A DNA stretch of 64,000 bases from an uncultured Thermoanaerobaculia bacterium (GTDB lineage: Bacteria; Acidobacteriota; Thermoanaerobaculia; Multivoradales; JAGPDF01): NCBI GenBank assembly GCA_964471955.1, contig CAYYIK010000007.1:2729-66728 (forward strand), in the 5' to 3' direction. The translations under genes were made by a program, and so were the position numbers. Within the stretch, counting starts at the first letter, position 1. Every line of letters starts with the position of its first letter. Positions 24,683 through 34,199 of the stretch are shown piece after piece. The notes under the pieces were generated by a model. That model had not been told where the DNA came from. It was given only the letters and a program-made list of their open reading frames with translations, and did not search any database.

Positions 24683-26305
24683 TCAGACCTGGCTCTCGAG
24701 CGGCAGCCTGGCGAGCAGCCAGGCGAGCAGGCGGCGCCAGGTGGAGGCGCGCGGTTCGCGGGTGCGCAGAGGCCGCTCGGGGTCGCCGGTCCAGACGACC
24801 CGCTGGCGCTCGATCGGACCGGCCGACGTGCGCACCCGCTGCGCCTCCAGCTCGACCTTCCAGCTGTAGGCGGGGTCGTACCCCCGCTCCAGCCGGGCGG
24901 CAACCGCCGCGGCGACCGGAGGCGCGTCGACGAAGAGGCCGATCTCCGTGTTGAGCACCACCGAGCGCGGATCGAGGTTCAGCGATCCGACGAAGAGGTG
25001 GCGGCGATCGAAGACCAGGACCTTCGAGTGGAGGCTGGCCCGCGACCGGCGCGACGGGCGGAGAAACCGCCCGTCGTCGTGCCCGCCGGGACGCAGTTCG
25101 TGCAGCTCGACGCCGGCCTCGAGCAGTCGCCGGCGCGTCGAGACGTAGCCCGAATGGGCGGCCACCACGTCGTTGGTGGCCAGGGAGTTGGTCAGGACCC
25201 GCACCCTCACTCCCCGCTCGACCAGCCGCGCGAGCTCGTCCGTCGTCGCCTCCGGCAGAGCCAGGTAGGCCACCTCGACCAGCAACTCCTCGCCGAGCAG
25301 CGCCGTCTCGCCGCGCAGCCGCTCGGCGATGACGCTGGTGACCTGCTCCGCCTCGCCGATCTTTCCGGGGTCATCCACCAGCAGTTCGACCGGCGCCCAG
25401 AACAGCTCCGGCACGATCCGGTCGAAAGCCGCGCCGGCCGTCTCGGGCGTCGGCCGGGAGGCGTACGGAATCCGCTCCTGGCCGGCCTCGAAGCGCTCGA
25501 GCGCCTGCCGGGCGCGCTCGAGCCGGCGGTCACGGGCGTGGGCCAGCTCCTCGATCGGTACCGCCCAGCGGCTGTTCCAGTAGCGGTCGAACGCCGCGCT
25601 CGAGTCGGCCGCCACGGGGCCCGCCGCGAGCAGGTCGAGGTCGCGGAAGTTGAGGTCCTCGGCCAGAAGGAAGTAGTGATCCGCCACGTTGCGGCCGCCG
25701 ACGATCGTCCAGCCGCCGTCGAAGATCCACTGCTTGTTGTGCATGCGTCGGTTGAGGCGGCGGAAGTCGGCGATGAACTCGATGGTGCGTTCGACCCAGG
25801 TGTCGCCCGGGCGGGTGCGAAACGGATTGAACAGGCGGACCTGGAAGTTGGGATGCCGATCGAGAGCGGCGAACATCCGCTCGTTGCGGAAGGTCGCGGT
25901 GTCGTCGAGCAGCACCCGGACGCGCACGCCGCGATCCGCGGCGGCGAGCAGCCGGCCGAGGATCAGGCGTCCCGAATGGTCGAGATCCCAGATGTAGGTC
26001 TGGACGTCGATCGACCTGCCGGCCAGCTCGATCATCGCCAGGCGGGCGTAGAGGGCGTCCTCACCCGTGGCGAGAGAGGCCACCCCGCTGGTGCCCGCCG
26101 GCGCCCCGACCCGCTGCCGGTCGAGCCGCCGGTCGAGCACTGTCCGCTCGCCGAACGGCTGCCGCGAGATCGCGGTCTCTTCGAGGGTGCGCGGGCCGCG
26201 CCAGGAGCTCGCGCAGCCGGGCAGCAGCAGCGCCGCCGTCCAAGGCAGAAGGCGCACCAGGGTGCGGCGGACGCGGATGCCGAGCGAGGGACGCATCGCC
26301 GGCAA
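24683..26305 (-). CDS. Phospholipase D / cardiolipin-synthase-like family lipoprotein (two HKD motifs)
   Basis: 540 aa. Lipobox LLLPGC. HKD motifs MHNKQWIFDGGWTIVGGRN and LHSKVLVFDRRHLFVGSLN. Confidence 0.85.
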   Translation of the reverse strand: MPAMRPSLGIRVRRTLVRLLPWTAALLLPGCASSWRGPRTLEETAISRQPFGERTVLDRRLDRQRVGAPAGTSGVASLATGEDALYARLAMIELAGRSIDVQTYIWDLDHSGRLILGRLLAAADRGVRVRVLLDDTATFRNERMFAALDRHPNFQVRLFNPFRTRPGDTWVERTIEFIADFRRLNRRMHNKQWIFDGGWTIVGGRNVADHYFLLAEDLNFRDLDLLAAGPVAADSSAAFDRYWNSRWAVPIEELAHARDRRLERARQALERFEAGQERIPYASRPTPETAGAAFDRIVPELFWAPVELLVDDPGKIGEAEQVTSVIAERLRGETALLGEELLVEVAYLALPEATTDELARLVERGVRVRVLTNSLATNDVVAAHSGYVSTRRRLLEAGVELHELRPGGHDDGRFLRPSRRSRASLHSKVLVFDRRHLFVGSLNLDPRSVVLNTEIGLFVDAPPVAAAVAARLERGYDPAYSWKVELEAQRVRTSAGPIERQRVVWTGDPERPLRTREPRASTWRRLLAWLLARLPLESQV

Positions 26306-26366
26306 GCCTAGCCCGGATCCGGGAAGGCCGCGCGGGCGAGAACCGGCTTGTCGGGGGCGCCGCCGT

Positions 26367-27617
26367 TCAGGCGTGCCGGCGCATCAGCAGGGCGCCGTTG
26401 GTGCCGCCGAAACCGAAGGAGTTCGTCAGCGCGACGTCGATCTTCGCCGCGCGGGCCGCGCCGGGGACGAAGTCGAGGTCGCACCCCTCGCCGGGCGTCT
26501 CCAGATTGATCGTCGCCGGCATCACCTGCTCGCGCACCGCCATCGCCAGGATGCCGCACTCGAGGCCGCCGGCGGCGCCGAGCAGGTGTCCGGTCGACGA
26601 CTTGGTCGACGACATCGCCAGCTTCTCGGCGTGGGCGCCGAAGACGTCCCGTACCGCGTGCACTTCCGCGAGGTCGCCCAGCGGGGTCGAGGTGCCGTGG
26701 GCGTTGATGTAGTCGACGGCCTCCGGAGCGAGCTCCGCGTCGGCGAGGGCATTGCGCATCACCGAGGCGGCACCCCTTCCCTCCGGGTGCGGCGCCGCCA
26801 TGTGGTAGGCGTCGCCACTCATGCCGTAGCCGACGATCTCGCAGTAGATCGGAGCGCCGCGGCGGCGCGCCCGCTCGTACTCCTCGAGCACCAGGATGCC
26901 GGCCCCCTCGCCGATGACGAATCCGTCGCGCTCCCGGTCCCACGGGCGGGAGGCGCGCTGCGGATCGTCGTTGCGCGTCGACAGGGCGCGCATCACCGAA
27001 AAGCCGGCGACGGTGATCGGCGTGATCGCCCCTTCCGACCCGCCGGCGATCGCCGCGTCGGCGTAGTCGTGCTGGATCAGGCGAAAGGCGTCGCCGACCG
27101 CGTGCAGCCCCGACGTGCAGGCAGTGCAGGGGGCGGTGTTGGGACCGCGGGCGCCGAAGCGGATGGAGACCTGGCCGGCGGCCAGGTTGACGATGACGCC
27201 CGGAATGAAGAACGGCGAAACGCGCGACGGGCCACGCTCGACCAGGGTGCTGTGCGTCTTCTCGATCATCGGGAAGCCGCCGATCCCCGAGCCGATGACC
27301 ACTCCGACGCGGTCGGCCAGCTCCTCGTCGATCTCGAGACCCGAGTCGTCCATCGCCATCTGGCTCGCCGCCAGCGCGTAGAGGATGAAGAGGTCCATCT
27401 TCTTGACCTCCTTCTTCTCCACCCAGCGCTCGGCTTCGAAGCCGGAGAGTTCTCCGGCGATACGCGTCTCGTAACCGGAGGTGTCGAAACGCGAGATCGC
27501 CCCGACGCCGCTTCGCCCCGCCATCAGACCCTCCCAGGTCTCGCGGGTTCCGATGCCGAGCGGGGACACCAGTCCCACCCCGGTCACGACGACGCGTCGT
27601 CGGTCACTTCTCGCCAT
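26367..27617 (-). CDS. fabF: 3-oxoacyl-ACP synthase II
   Basis: ATG at 27617 (MARSDRRRVVVTGVGLVSPLG) within the track ORF; 416 aa. Active-site regions APCTACTSG, INAHGTSTP and NSFGFGGTN. It follows acpP. Confidence 0.95.
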   Translation of the reverse strand: MARSDRRRVVVTGVGLVSPLGIGTRETWEGLMAGRSGVGAISRFDTSGYETRIAGELSGFEAERWVEKKEVKKMDLFILYALAASQMAMDDSGLEIDEELADRVGVVIGSGIGGFPMIEKTHSTLVERGPSRVSPFFIPGVIVNLAAGQVSIRFGARGPNTAPCTACTSGLHAVGDAFRLIQHDYADAAIAGGSEGAITPITVAGFSVMRALSTRNDDPQRASRPWDRERDGFVIGEGAGILVLEEYERARRRGAPIYCEIVGYGMSGDAYHMAAPHPEGRGAASVMRNALADAELAPEAVDYINAHGTSTPLGDLAEVHAVRDVFGAHAEKLAMSSTKSSTGHLLGAAGGLECGILAMAVREQVMPATINLETPGEGCDLDFVPGAARAAKIDVALTNSFGFGGTNGALLMRRHA

Positions 27618-27663
27618 GATGTCTCGGTGACTCGTTGCCGCCCGCCCGCCGGCGGGCGCGCAC

Positions 27664-27909
27664 TCAGTTCTTCTGTCCGGCGTGCTGCTCGATGTAGCTG
27701 ACGGCCTCGGAGACGCGGCCGATCTTCTCGGCATCCTCGTCCGGGATCTCGATGCCGAACTCCTCCTCGAAAGCCATCACGAGCTCGACGATGTCGAGGG
27801 AATCGGCTCCGAGATCGTCGGTGAAGCTGGCGTCGGCGGAAACCTCGTCGGCTTCCACGCCCAGCTGCTCGACGATGATGCTCTTGACCTTCTCGGCTAC
27901 GGTCGACAT
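27664..27909 (-). CDS. acpP: Acyl carrier protein
   Basis: 81 aa with the phosphopantetheine site [20 protein letters not shown]. Confidence 0.97.
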   Translation of the reverse strand: MSTVAEKVKSIIVEQLGVEADEVSADASFTDDLGADSLDIVELVMAFEEEFGIEIPDEDAEKIGRVSEAVSYIEQHAGQKN

Positions 27910-28018
27910 GTGATGCGTTCCTCCTTGAAGGGGGGCCCGGTCCGGGCCGGGCGATTTTTAGCACACTCCGCGCGGGCGAGTCCAACGCCGCACGGCGGCG
28001 CCGGAAGGGCCGCGAAGC

Positions 28019-28762
28019 TCAGATGTACAGGCCTCCGGAGACGTTGAGCACCTGTCCGGTGACGTAGCCCGCCTCGTCGCTGGCGAGGTAGACCACCGCC
28101 GCCGCGACCTCCTCGGCGGCGCCGAACCGGCGCAGCGCGATGTCCTCGAGCATGGCGGCGCGGGTCGCCTCGGGCAGGGCATCGGTCATCGCCGTCTCGA
28201 CGAAGCCGGGCGCCACGACGTTGGCCGTGATGCCGCGGCTCGCCAGTTCGCGCGCCACCGACTTGGTGAAGCCGATCAGCCCCGCCTTGGCGGCCGCGTA
28301 GTTGGCCTGGCCGGCGTTGCCCATCAGCCCGACCACCGAGGAGATGGTGACGATCCTCCCCCGCCGCCGGCGGAGCATGCCGCGCGAGATCTCCCGGGTG
28401 ACGACGAAGGTCCCGGTCAGATTGACGTCGATCACCGACTGCCACTGCTCCAGCGACATGCGGGCCAGCAGTCCGTCGGCGGTGATGCCGGCGTTGTTGA
28501 CCAGAATGTCGATCTCCGCCCACTCGGCCGGCAGCTCCCGGAGCCGGTCGGCGATCTCGCCGCCCTGCGCCAGGTCGAGGCGCAGCGTCGACGCTTCGCC
28601 GCCGGCTTCGCGGATGCGCGCCGCGAGCACCGCGAGCTTCTCCTCACCGCGGGCCGCCAGCACCACGCGCGCCCCCTGCGCCGCCAGCCGCGTCGCGATC
28701 GTCTCGCCGATGCCCTGCGACGCGCCGGTCACCAGCGCGGTTCTGCCGTCGAGTCGGAACAT
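28019..28762 (-). CDS. fabG: 3-oxoacyl-ACP reductase
   Basis: 247 aa SDR with TGASQGIG and the YAAAKAG catalytic motif. It sits between fabD and acpP. Confidence 0.92.
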   Translation of the reverse strand: MFRLDGRTALVTGASQGIGETIATRLAAQGARVVLAARGEEKLAVLAARIREAGGEASTLRLDLAQGGEIADRLRELPAEWAEIDILVNNAGITADGLLARMSLEQWQSVIDVNLTGTFVVTREISRGMLRRRRGRIVTISSVVGLMGNAGQANYAAAKAGLIGFTKSVARELASRGITANVVAPGFVETAMTDALPEATRAAMLEDIALRRFGAAEEVAAAVVYLASDEAGYVTGQVLNVSGGLYI

Positions 28763-28776
28763 GTTCGATTCGCTCC

Positions 28777-29703
28777 TCAGGCCAGCTTCGCCAGCCCGTC
28801 GGGCTCGGCGAGCGAGAATGCTTCGGCGTCCGGCACGATGCGGCGCACGAGGCCGGAGAGCACGGCTCCCGGGCCGACCTCGACGAAACGGGTGATGCCG
28901 AACTCCTCGCGCAGACGACGCACGGAATCGATCCAGCGCACCGGACCGTCGATCTGGCGGATCAGGGCGTCACGCGCGGCGGCGCCGGTGGTGACCGGAG
29001 AGGCGTCGATGTTGACCATCACGGGCACGGACGGATCGGCGAACCCGGCCGCCTCGAGGTCGGGCGTCAAGCCGCGGCGCGCCGGTTCCATCAGCGAGCA
29101 GTGGAAGGGCGCCGAGACGGGAAGCGGCAGGGCGCGCCGCGCGCCGCGCTCGCGGCAGAGAGCCATGGCGCGCTCGACCGCCGCGCGGTGGCCGGCGATC
29201 ACCGTCTGCTCCGGCGAGTTGTAGTTGGCCACCGCGCAGACCTCGTCGCCGGCCGCCTCGGCGGCCGCAGCCGCCACGGCCTCGGGCGCCAGGCCGAGTA
29301 TCGCCGCCATCGCGCCGACTCCGACCGGCACCGCCTCCTGCATCAGCTGGCCGCGCCGGCGCACCAGACGCGCCGCGTCGGCCAGGGCGAGGGTGCCGGC
29401 GACCACGTGGGCCGAGTACTCGCCCAGGCTGTGCCCCGCCATCGCATCGGCCGCGACGCCGCGCTCGGCCAGGACGCGGCCGATCGCCACCGAGACGGCG
29501 AGGATCGCCGGCTGCGTGTTGGCGGTCAGCTGCAGCTCCTCCTCCGGGCCGCTGGCGCACAGCTGCGCGAGGTCGAAACCGAGGGCCGCAGAGGCTTCGG
29601 CGAAGGCGGCGCGCGCGGCGGGAAACTCCGCCACCCAGGCGCTGCCCATGCCGACCTTCTGCGAGCCCTGGCCCGGAAAGACGAATGCGGTGCGCGGCGA
29701 CAT
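28777..29703 (-). CDS. fabD: Malonyl-CoA:ACP transacylase
   Basis: 308 aa with FVFPGQGSQKVGMG and the nucleophile motif GHSLGEYSA. Confidence 0.95.
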   Translation of the reverse strand: MSPRTAFVFPGQGSQKVGMGSAWVAEFPAARAAFAEASAALGFDLAQLCASGPEEELQLTANTQPAILAVSVAIGRVLAERGVAADAMAGHSLGEYSAHVVAGTLALADAARLVRRRGQLMQEAVPVGVGAMAAILGLAPEAVAAAAAEAAGDEVCAVANYNSPEQTVIAGHRAAVERAMALCRERGARRALPLPVSAPFHCSLMEPARRGLTPDLEAAGFADPSVPVMVNIDASPVTTGAAARDALIRQIDGPVRWIDSVRRLREEFGITRFVEVGPGAVLSGLVRRIVPDAEAFSLAEPDGLAKLA

Positions 29704-29736
29704 GCCTCTCCCCTCCCTGCGTCCAGCGGTGACGGT

Positions 29737-30762
29737 TCAGGCGCCGGCGTCGGCCGCCAGCGGGCCTCCGGCGGCCGCCAGCTCGGCGAGCTTGGCGCCG
29801 ATGCGGGTCGCCACGTCGGCGCGGCCGAACTCGACGGCGCGGCGCACGGCGTTGCGCACGGCGCGGGCGTTCGAGCGCCCGTGCCCGATGAAGCAGCCGC
29901 CGGCGACCCCGAGCAGCGGCACGGCGCCGTACTCGGCGTAATCGGTGCGGCGGGCGAAATTGGCGAACGCCGGCCGGGCCAGCCAGCCACCGAAGCGAGT
30001 GCGGGAACTGCGCAGCAGCTCTTCGCGCACCATGCCGACCACCAGCTCGGCCATCCCCTCGGTGGCCTTGAGCAGCACGTTGCCGACGAAGCCGTCGCAG
30101 ACCACCACGTCGACGCCGCCCGAGAAGACCTCGCCGCCCTCCACGTTGCCGACGAAGTTGAGCCCGGTGGCGGCGATCGCCGCGTGGGCGTCGCGCACCA
30201 CGTCGTTGCCCTTGACGTGCTCCTCGCCGATCGAAAGCAGGCCGATGCGCGGCCGCGAGGTGCCGATCACCTCGCCGGCGTAGAAGTGTCCCATCACCGC
30301 GAACTGGCGCAGATGCTCGGCCCGGCTGTCGACGTTGGCGCCGACGTCGAGCACGACGGTGCGGCCGCGCCGGTTCGGAAAGACCGCCGCCAGCGCCGGC
30401 CGGTCGACACCCGGTACGGCGCCGATGAGCAGCTTGGCGGCGACCATGGCCGCGCCGCTGTTGCCGGCGGTGACCATCGCATCGGCGCGCCCTTCGCGCA
30501 CCAGCTCGGCGCACATCGCGAGCGAGGAGCGGCGCTTGCGGCGCACCGCGGTGGCGGGCTCGTCCATGCCGACGGTCTCCGGGGCGTGCACGACCTCAAC
30601 GCGCCCGGACGCACCGCCCAGCTTCTCGATCTCGCTCTCGACGATCCCGCGGTCGCCGACGAGCAGAATCGACACGCCCTCCTCGAGCGCGGCCAGGAGA
30701 GCTCCCTGGACCGCGGCGCGCGGGGCGAGATCGCCCCCCATGGCGTCGACGGCGATCCTCAT
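29737..30762 (-). CDS. plsX: Phosphate acyltransferase
   Basis: 341 aa starting MRIAVDAMGGDLAPRA. It is in the conserved position after rpmF. Confidence 0.94.
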   Translation of the reverse strand: MRIAVDAMGGDLAPRAAVQGALLAALEEGVSILLVGDRGIVESEIEKLGGASGRVEVVHAPETVGMDEPATAVRRKRRSSLAMCAELVREGRADAMVTAGNSGAAMVAAKLLIGAVPGVDRPALAAVFPNRRGRTVVLDVGANVDSRAEHLRQFAVMGHFYAGEVIGTSRPRIGLLSIGEEHVKGNDVVRDAHAAIAATGLNFVGNVEGGEVFSGGVDVVVCDGFVGNVLLKATEGMAELVVGMVREELLRSSRTRFGGWLARPAFANFARRTDYAEYGAVPLLGVAGGCFIGHGRSNARAVRNAVRRAVEFGRADVATRIGAKLAELAAAGGPLAADAGA

Positions 30763-30787
30763 CCCGGCGTGCGGGGCGGGATCCGGA

Positions 30788-30973
30788 TCAGGACTGCGGG
30801 CCGGTCTCGACCACTTCCCGGCCGCGGTAGCTGCCGCAGCTCGGGCAGACGCGGTGCGGCAGCTTGCGCTCGCCGCAGCTCGGGCAGAGCGAGGTGCCCG
30901 GCACGGTCAGCGCATCGTGGGCGCGCCGCTTGTCGCGCCGGTGCTTGGAGTGGCGGTGTTTCGGATTCGGCAT
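30788..30973 (-). CDS. rpmF: 50S ribosomal protein L32
   Basis: 61 aa, [19 protein letters not shown], plus Cys-x2-Cys ... Cys-x2-Cys. Confidence 0.95.
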   Translation of the reverse strand: MPNPKHRHSKHRRDKRRAHDALTVPGTSLCPSCGERKLPHRVCPSCGSYRGREVVETGPQS

Positions 30974-31004
30974 CGTCGGTCCCTCTCGGCTTCCTGCCTG
31001 ACCG

Positions 31005-31541
31005 TCAGTCGCGGTCGTCGTCGTTGCTGCTCCGCAGCGCGGCCAGCGCGGCCCAGCGCGGATCCGGCGGCGGCGCGGCGCAGCCGCACGGCCCCGGGTT
31101 CAGATTCGCTCCGCAGCGCGGGCAGAGCCCGGCGCAGTCGGGTCGGCAGAGCGGATGGGTCGGCAGGTTGAGCTGCACCTGCTCGGCGACCAGGAGCCCG
31201 CTGTCGAGCACGCCGCCGTCCACTTCGACCACCCCCAGCTCCTCCTCCCGCAACTCGCGCTCGCCGGCGACGGGACGCTCGCGCCCCTCGACCACCAGCA
31301 ACTCGAGCGGCAGGACGACCGCCTCTTCGGCCGGCGCCAGGCAACGATCACAGGGCACCGTCTGGCGCCAGGCCAGGCGCGCCGCCAGGACGTAGCCGGT
31401 GTCGATCCGCGTCAGAGTCCCGTCGACGGCGACCAGAGTCAGGACGACCTCCGGCCCCAGCTCGAGGGCTGCGGGTTCGAGAGCGATCTCTTCCTGCCAG
31501 CGAAAGGGCTCGTCGCGCGCGGAATCCAGGTGAATCTTCAT
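31005..31541 (-). CDS. yceD: YceD/DUF177 family protein
   Basis: 178 aa with C-terminal [17 protein letters not shown]. It is in the conserved position upstream of rpmF. Confidence 0.85.
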   Translation of the reverse strand: MKIHLDSARDEPFRWQEEIALEPAALELGPEVVLTLVAVDGTLTRIDTGYVLAARLAWRQTVPCDRCLAPAEEAVVLPLELLVVEGRERPVAGERELREEELGVVEVDGGVLDSGLLVAEQVQLNLPTHPLCRPDCAGLCPRCGANLNPGPCGCAAPPPDPRWAALAALRSSNDDDRD

Positions 31542-31582
31542 CGGCCGAGCCCTCCGCGGAGAGCCGACGAAGGGTATCGGAT

Positions 31583-32815
31583 TCAGCGGGTTGGGTCAAT
31601 CGCGGCGGCCCCGCCGGCGGGCCGCCCGTGGCACGGGACGAGGCGCACCCAGGCTCCGCCGGGACCCACCGCGAGAGAGGCGCGGCCGCAGCCGCGCAGC
31701 GGTTCGAGCAGTGCCGCCAGACGCTCGAACGGCCGCGCCTCGGCCGCCCCGAAGACGGGCACCTGGCGCAGCGCGCGGGCGATCCCGGCCGCCGCGGGGG
31801 CCATCCGGTCGGGGTCGGCCCCCGCCGCCCGGTCCAGCCCGGCGGCCAGCAGCGCCTCCGCGGCGGCCGCGAAGCGTGCCGCCGGTGCGAGAGCGGTGCG
31901 CTCGAGCGAGCGGATCCGCAGGTCCGCCTCGAACCGTTCCGGCACCTCGCCGCCCACCAGCTCCACGAGCTCCTCGCCCGGCAGGTCGAACTCCGCACCG
32001 CCGCGGGCGAACACGGCGATCCGGGGCAGGCCGAGCCGGTCCGCGCCTCCGGCCTCCACCAGCACTCCGCGCCGCCCTTCCCCCGCCGTCCGCTCGACCC
32101 ACCAGGCATCGGGCAGCTCCCGCCGCAGCCAGAACGGCCCTTCCGGCGCCAGGGGGCCGATCGCCGGAGGGTCGCCGGCGCGCAGTTCGAGGCGAGCCGG
32201 GGTGCCCGCCTCTCGCGGAACCCGGGCCAGCCGGTAGAGGCCGGCCGGCAGCGGCCCCGCGGGGCGGACGAGACGCACGAGGCCGAGCACGGGGCTCTCC
32301 GGCAGGCGGAGCGCCACCGCCGGAGGCGCCCCCGCGGGACCGCGCCGATAGCGCCAGAGCCGACCCTCCCAGCGGACCTCCTCCCCCTCCCCGACGGGGC
32401 CCCCGGCCAGCCAGGGGTTGCCGGCCAGCCGGCCCGCCCAGCGGGCCAGCACGGCCACCGTGGGCAGGAGGCGCGCGGCGGCGCGCACCCCGCCGTCTGC
32501 CGTCGTCACCACCACCAGCTCGCGGGACGGGGGGACGACGAACGGGCCGAAGCCGGGGATCGCCTCACCGGATCTCCCGGCGGGGCCGAGCCGGGCGATC
32601 CAGCGCCGCAGATCGCCGGTGCGCCGCTCGAGCCGGCGCAGATTCTGGTGCGGAAAGGGGAGCCAGACTCCGGCGACCACGTCGGGAGCGGCGAGCTCGG
32701 CCGCCAGAGAGCCCGAGACGGCCGCCCGCTCGCGGCCGCCGTACCAGAAGACGACGTGGCCGGCCGTGGCGGCGAGCAGCAGCAGGCCCAGCGCGATCCG
32801 GCTGCGCCGGCTCAT
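31583..32815 (-). CDS. Hypothetical protein with N-terminal membrane anchor or signal
   Basis: 410 aa starting MSRRSRIALGLLLLAATAGHVVFWY. Its start overlaps the stop of the upstream glycosyltransferase (ATGA). I recognised no motif. Confidence 0.6.
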   Translation of the reverse strand: MSRRSRIALGLLLLAATAGHVVFWYGGRERAAVSGSLAAELAAPDVVAGVWLPFPHQNLRRLERRTGDLRRWIARLGPAGRSGEAIPGFGPFVVPPSRELVVVTTADGGVRAAARLLPTVAVLARWAGRLAGNPWLAGGPVGEGEEVRWEGRLWRYRRGPAGAPPAVALRLPESPVLGLVRLVRPAGPLPAGLYRLARVPREAGTPARLELRAGDPPAIGPLAPEGPFWLRRELPDAWWVERTAGEGRRGVLVEAGGADRLGLPRIAVFARGGAEFDLPGEELVELVGGEVPERFEADLRIRSLERTALAPAARFAAAAEALLAAGLDRAAGADPDRMAPAAAGIARALRQVPVFGAAEARPFERLAALLEPLRGCGRASLAVGPGGAWVRLVPCHGRPAGGAAAIDPTR

Positions 32816-34185
32816 CGCCCCTCCGGGGCCCAGCCGAGGTCGGCCAGCGTCGCCGCCAGCCCGGGCAGCAGGTCGGGGGCGCTGCGGTCCAGGCCGAGGT
32901 CGGCGAAGTCCGCCGCCAGTCCGGCCGCCAGCGCCACCCGCGGGTCCCCCTCCGCCCCGGCGGCGAGCGGCGCAACGGCGACAGCGGGCGGCGGGGCCGC
33001 GGCCACGCGCGCGAGGGCCTCGCGCCAGCGCCTCGCCGCCGCGGGCAGGGCGTGCTGCCGCTCGACGTGCCGGCGGCCCGCCGCACCGACCGCGGCGCGC
33101 AGTGCCGGATCCGCGGCGAAGGCCTCGAACAGCGCCGCGAGAACCGGCGTCTCGCAGTCGTCGAGCGACACCCGGGCGACCGCGCCGGGCGGCACTTCGG
33201 CGAACGAGCCGGTATGCGAGACGATCGTCGGCACGCCGGCGGCGAGCAGGTGCAGCAGCGCCGCCGAGGTCTCGCCGCCGGTCGGGTGGCGCAGATTGAC
33301 CGCCACGTCGCAGGCCGCCATGGCGCCTTCGAACTCGCCGGCCGGCAGGCGCCCCGTCACCGTCACCCCGTCGGCTCCGTGCGCCGCGAGCAGCGCCGCG
33401 AGATCCTCGCGCGCCGGCACCTCGCCGACGATCAGGAAGCGGGCGTCGGGTCGCGAACGGCGCAGCCGCGCGAAGGCGGCGAGCGCCGGACCCAGCCGCT
33501 TCTGCGGCGTGACGAAGCCGAACGAAGCGAGCACGAAGGCGCCCGTCGGAAGGTCGAGGGCGCGGCGGGCCGCCAACCGCGCCGCGGCATCGACGGGCGC
33601 GACGGCCCCGGTGTCGACGGCGAACGGCACCACCTCGACGCGCGCCGCCGGCCGGCTGGCGAGCACCCGGTCGGCGGCGAAGCGGGAGTGGACGAGTACC
33701 GCGCGACTGCGATCGACCACCCGCTCGAAGAGCGGGAAGGACCAGATGTCGAGCGGATGGTGGGTGTCGAGCAGCCGCCGGGCGGCGCGCCGGCCGGTCT
33801 CCCCCGCCGCGTAGCGCATCTCCTCGACGTAGCCGGCGGGGTCCCCGGCGCCCAGCGTTCGTGCGCGGAAGAGGTGATGGAGCATGAATTCGTGCAGCAC
33901 CACGACTCCCGGCAGCTCGAGCAGCAGATCGAGCATGCCGGCATGGTGCGGCAGGCTGTTGCCGAGGTGGTACAGCAGCACGTCGTAGTCGCCGGCGCGC
34001 GCCGCCAGCTCGCGCACCGGCCGCGCGGCGAAGCGGTCGGCGAGCGCCGGCGGAGGCGGCGTCCGCCCTTCATGGTAGAGATCGATCGCGAGCCCGGTCG
34101 CGGCGAGCCCCGGCGCCAGCGTCGCGGCGTAGTCGGCGATACCCGAATCGAGCGGCGGCAGCGGCGAGACGAAGGCGATGCGCAC
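32812..34185 (-). CDS. Glycosyltransferase (GT-B fold, GT4-like)
   Basis: 457 aa, GTG start. N-terminus (M)RIAFVSPLPPLDSGIADYA. The C-terminal half resembles typical GT1/GT4 nucleotide-sugar binding domains. Confidence 0.78.
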   Translation of the reverse strand: MRIAFVSPLPPLDSGIADYAATLAPGLAATGLAIDLYHEGRTPPPPALADRFAARPVRELAARAGDYDVLLYHLGNSLPHHAGMLDLLLELPGVVVLHEFMLHHLFRARTLGAGDPAGYVEEMRYAAGETGRRAARRLLDTHHPLDIWSFPLFERVVDRSRAVLVHSRFAADRVLASRPAARVEVVPFAVDTGAVAPVDAAARLAARRALDLPTGAFVLASFGFVTPQKRLGPALAAFARLRRSRPDARFLIVGEVPAREDLAALLAAHGADGVTVTGRLPAGEFEGAMAACDVAVNLRHPTGGETSAALLHLLAAGVPTIVSHTGSFAEVPPGAVARVSLDDCETPVLAALFEAFAADPALRAAVGAAGRRHVERQHALPAAARRWREALARVAAAPPPAVAVAPLAAGAEGDPRVALAAGLAADFADLGLDRSAPDLLPGLAATLADLGWAPEGR

Positions 34186-34199
34186 GCGGCCGCTCCCGT

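Noticed and set aside
27643-27658. 16-nt GC palindrome between acpP and fabF as a terminator
   Set aside because: The arms abut with no loop, leaving an effective stem of only about 6 bp, and there is no U tract. It may attenuate transcription but is too weak to annotate. The same applies to GGCCCGGTCCGGGCC at about 27935-27949.
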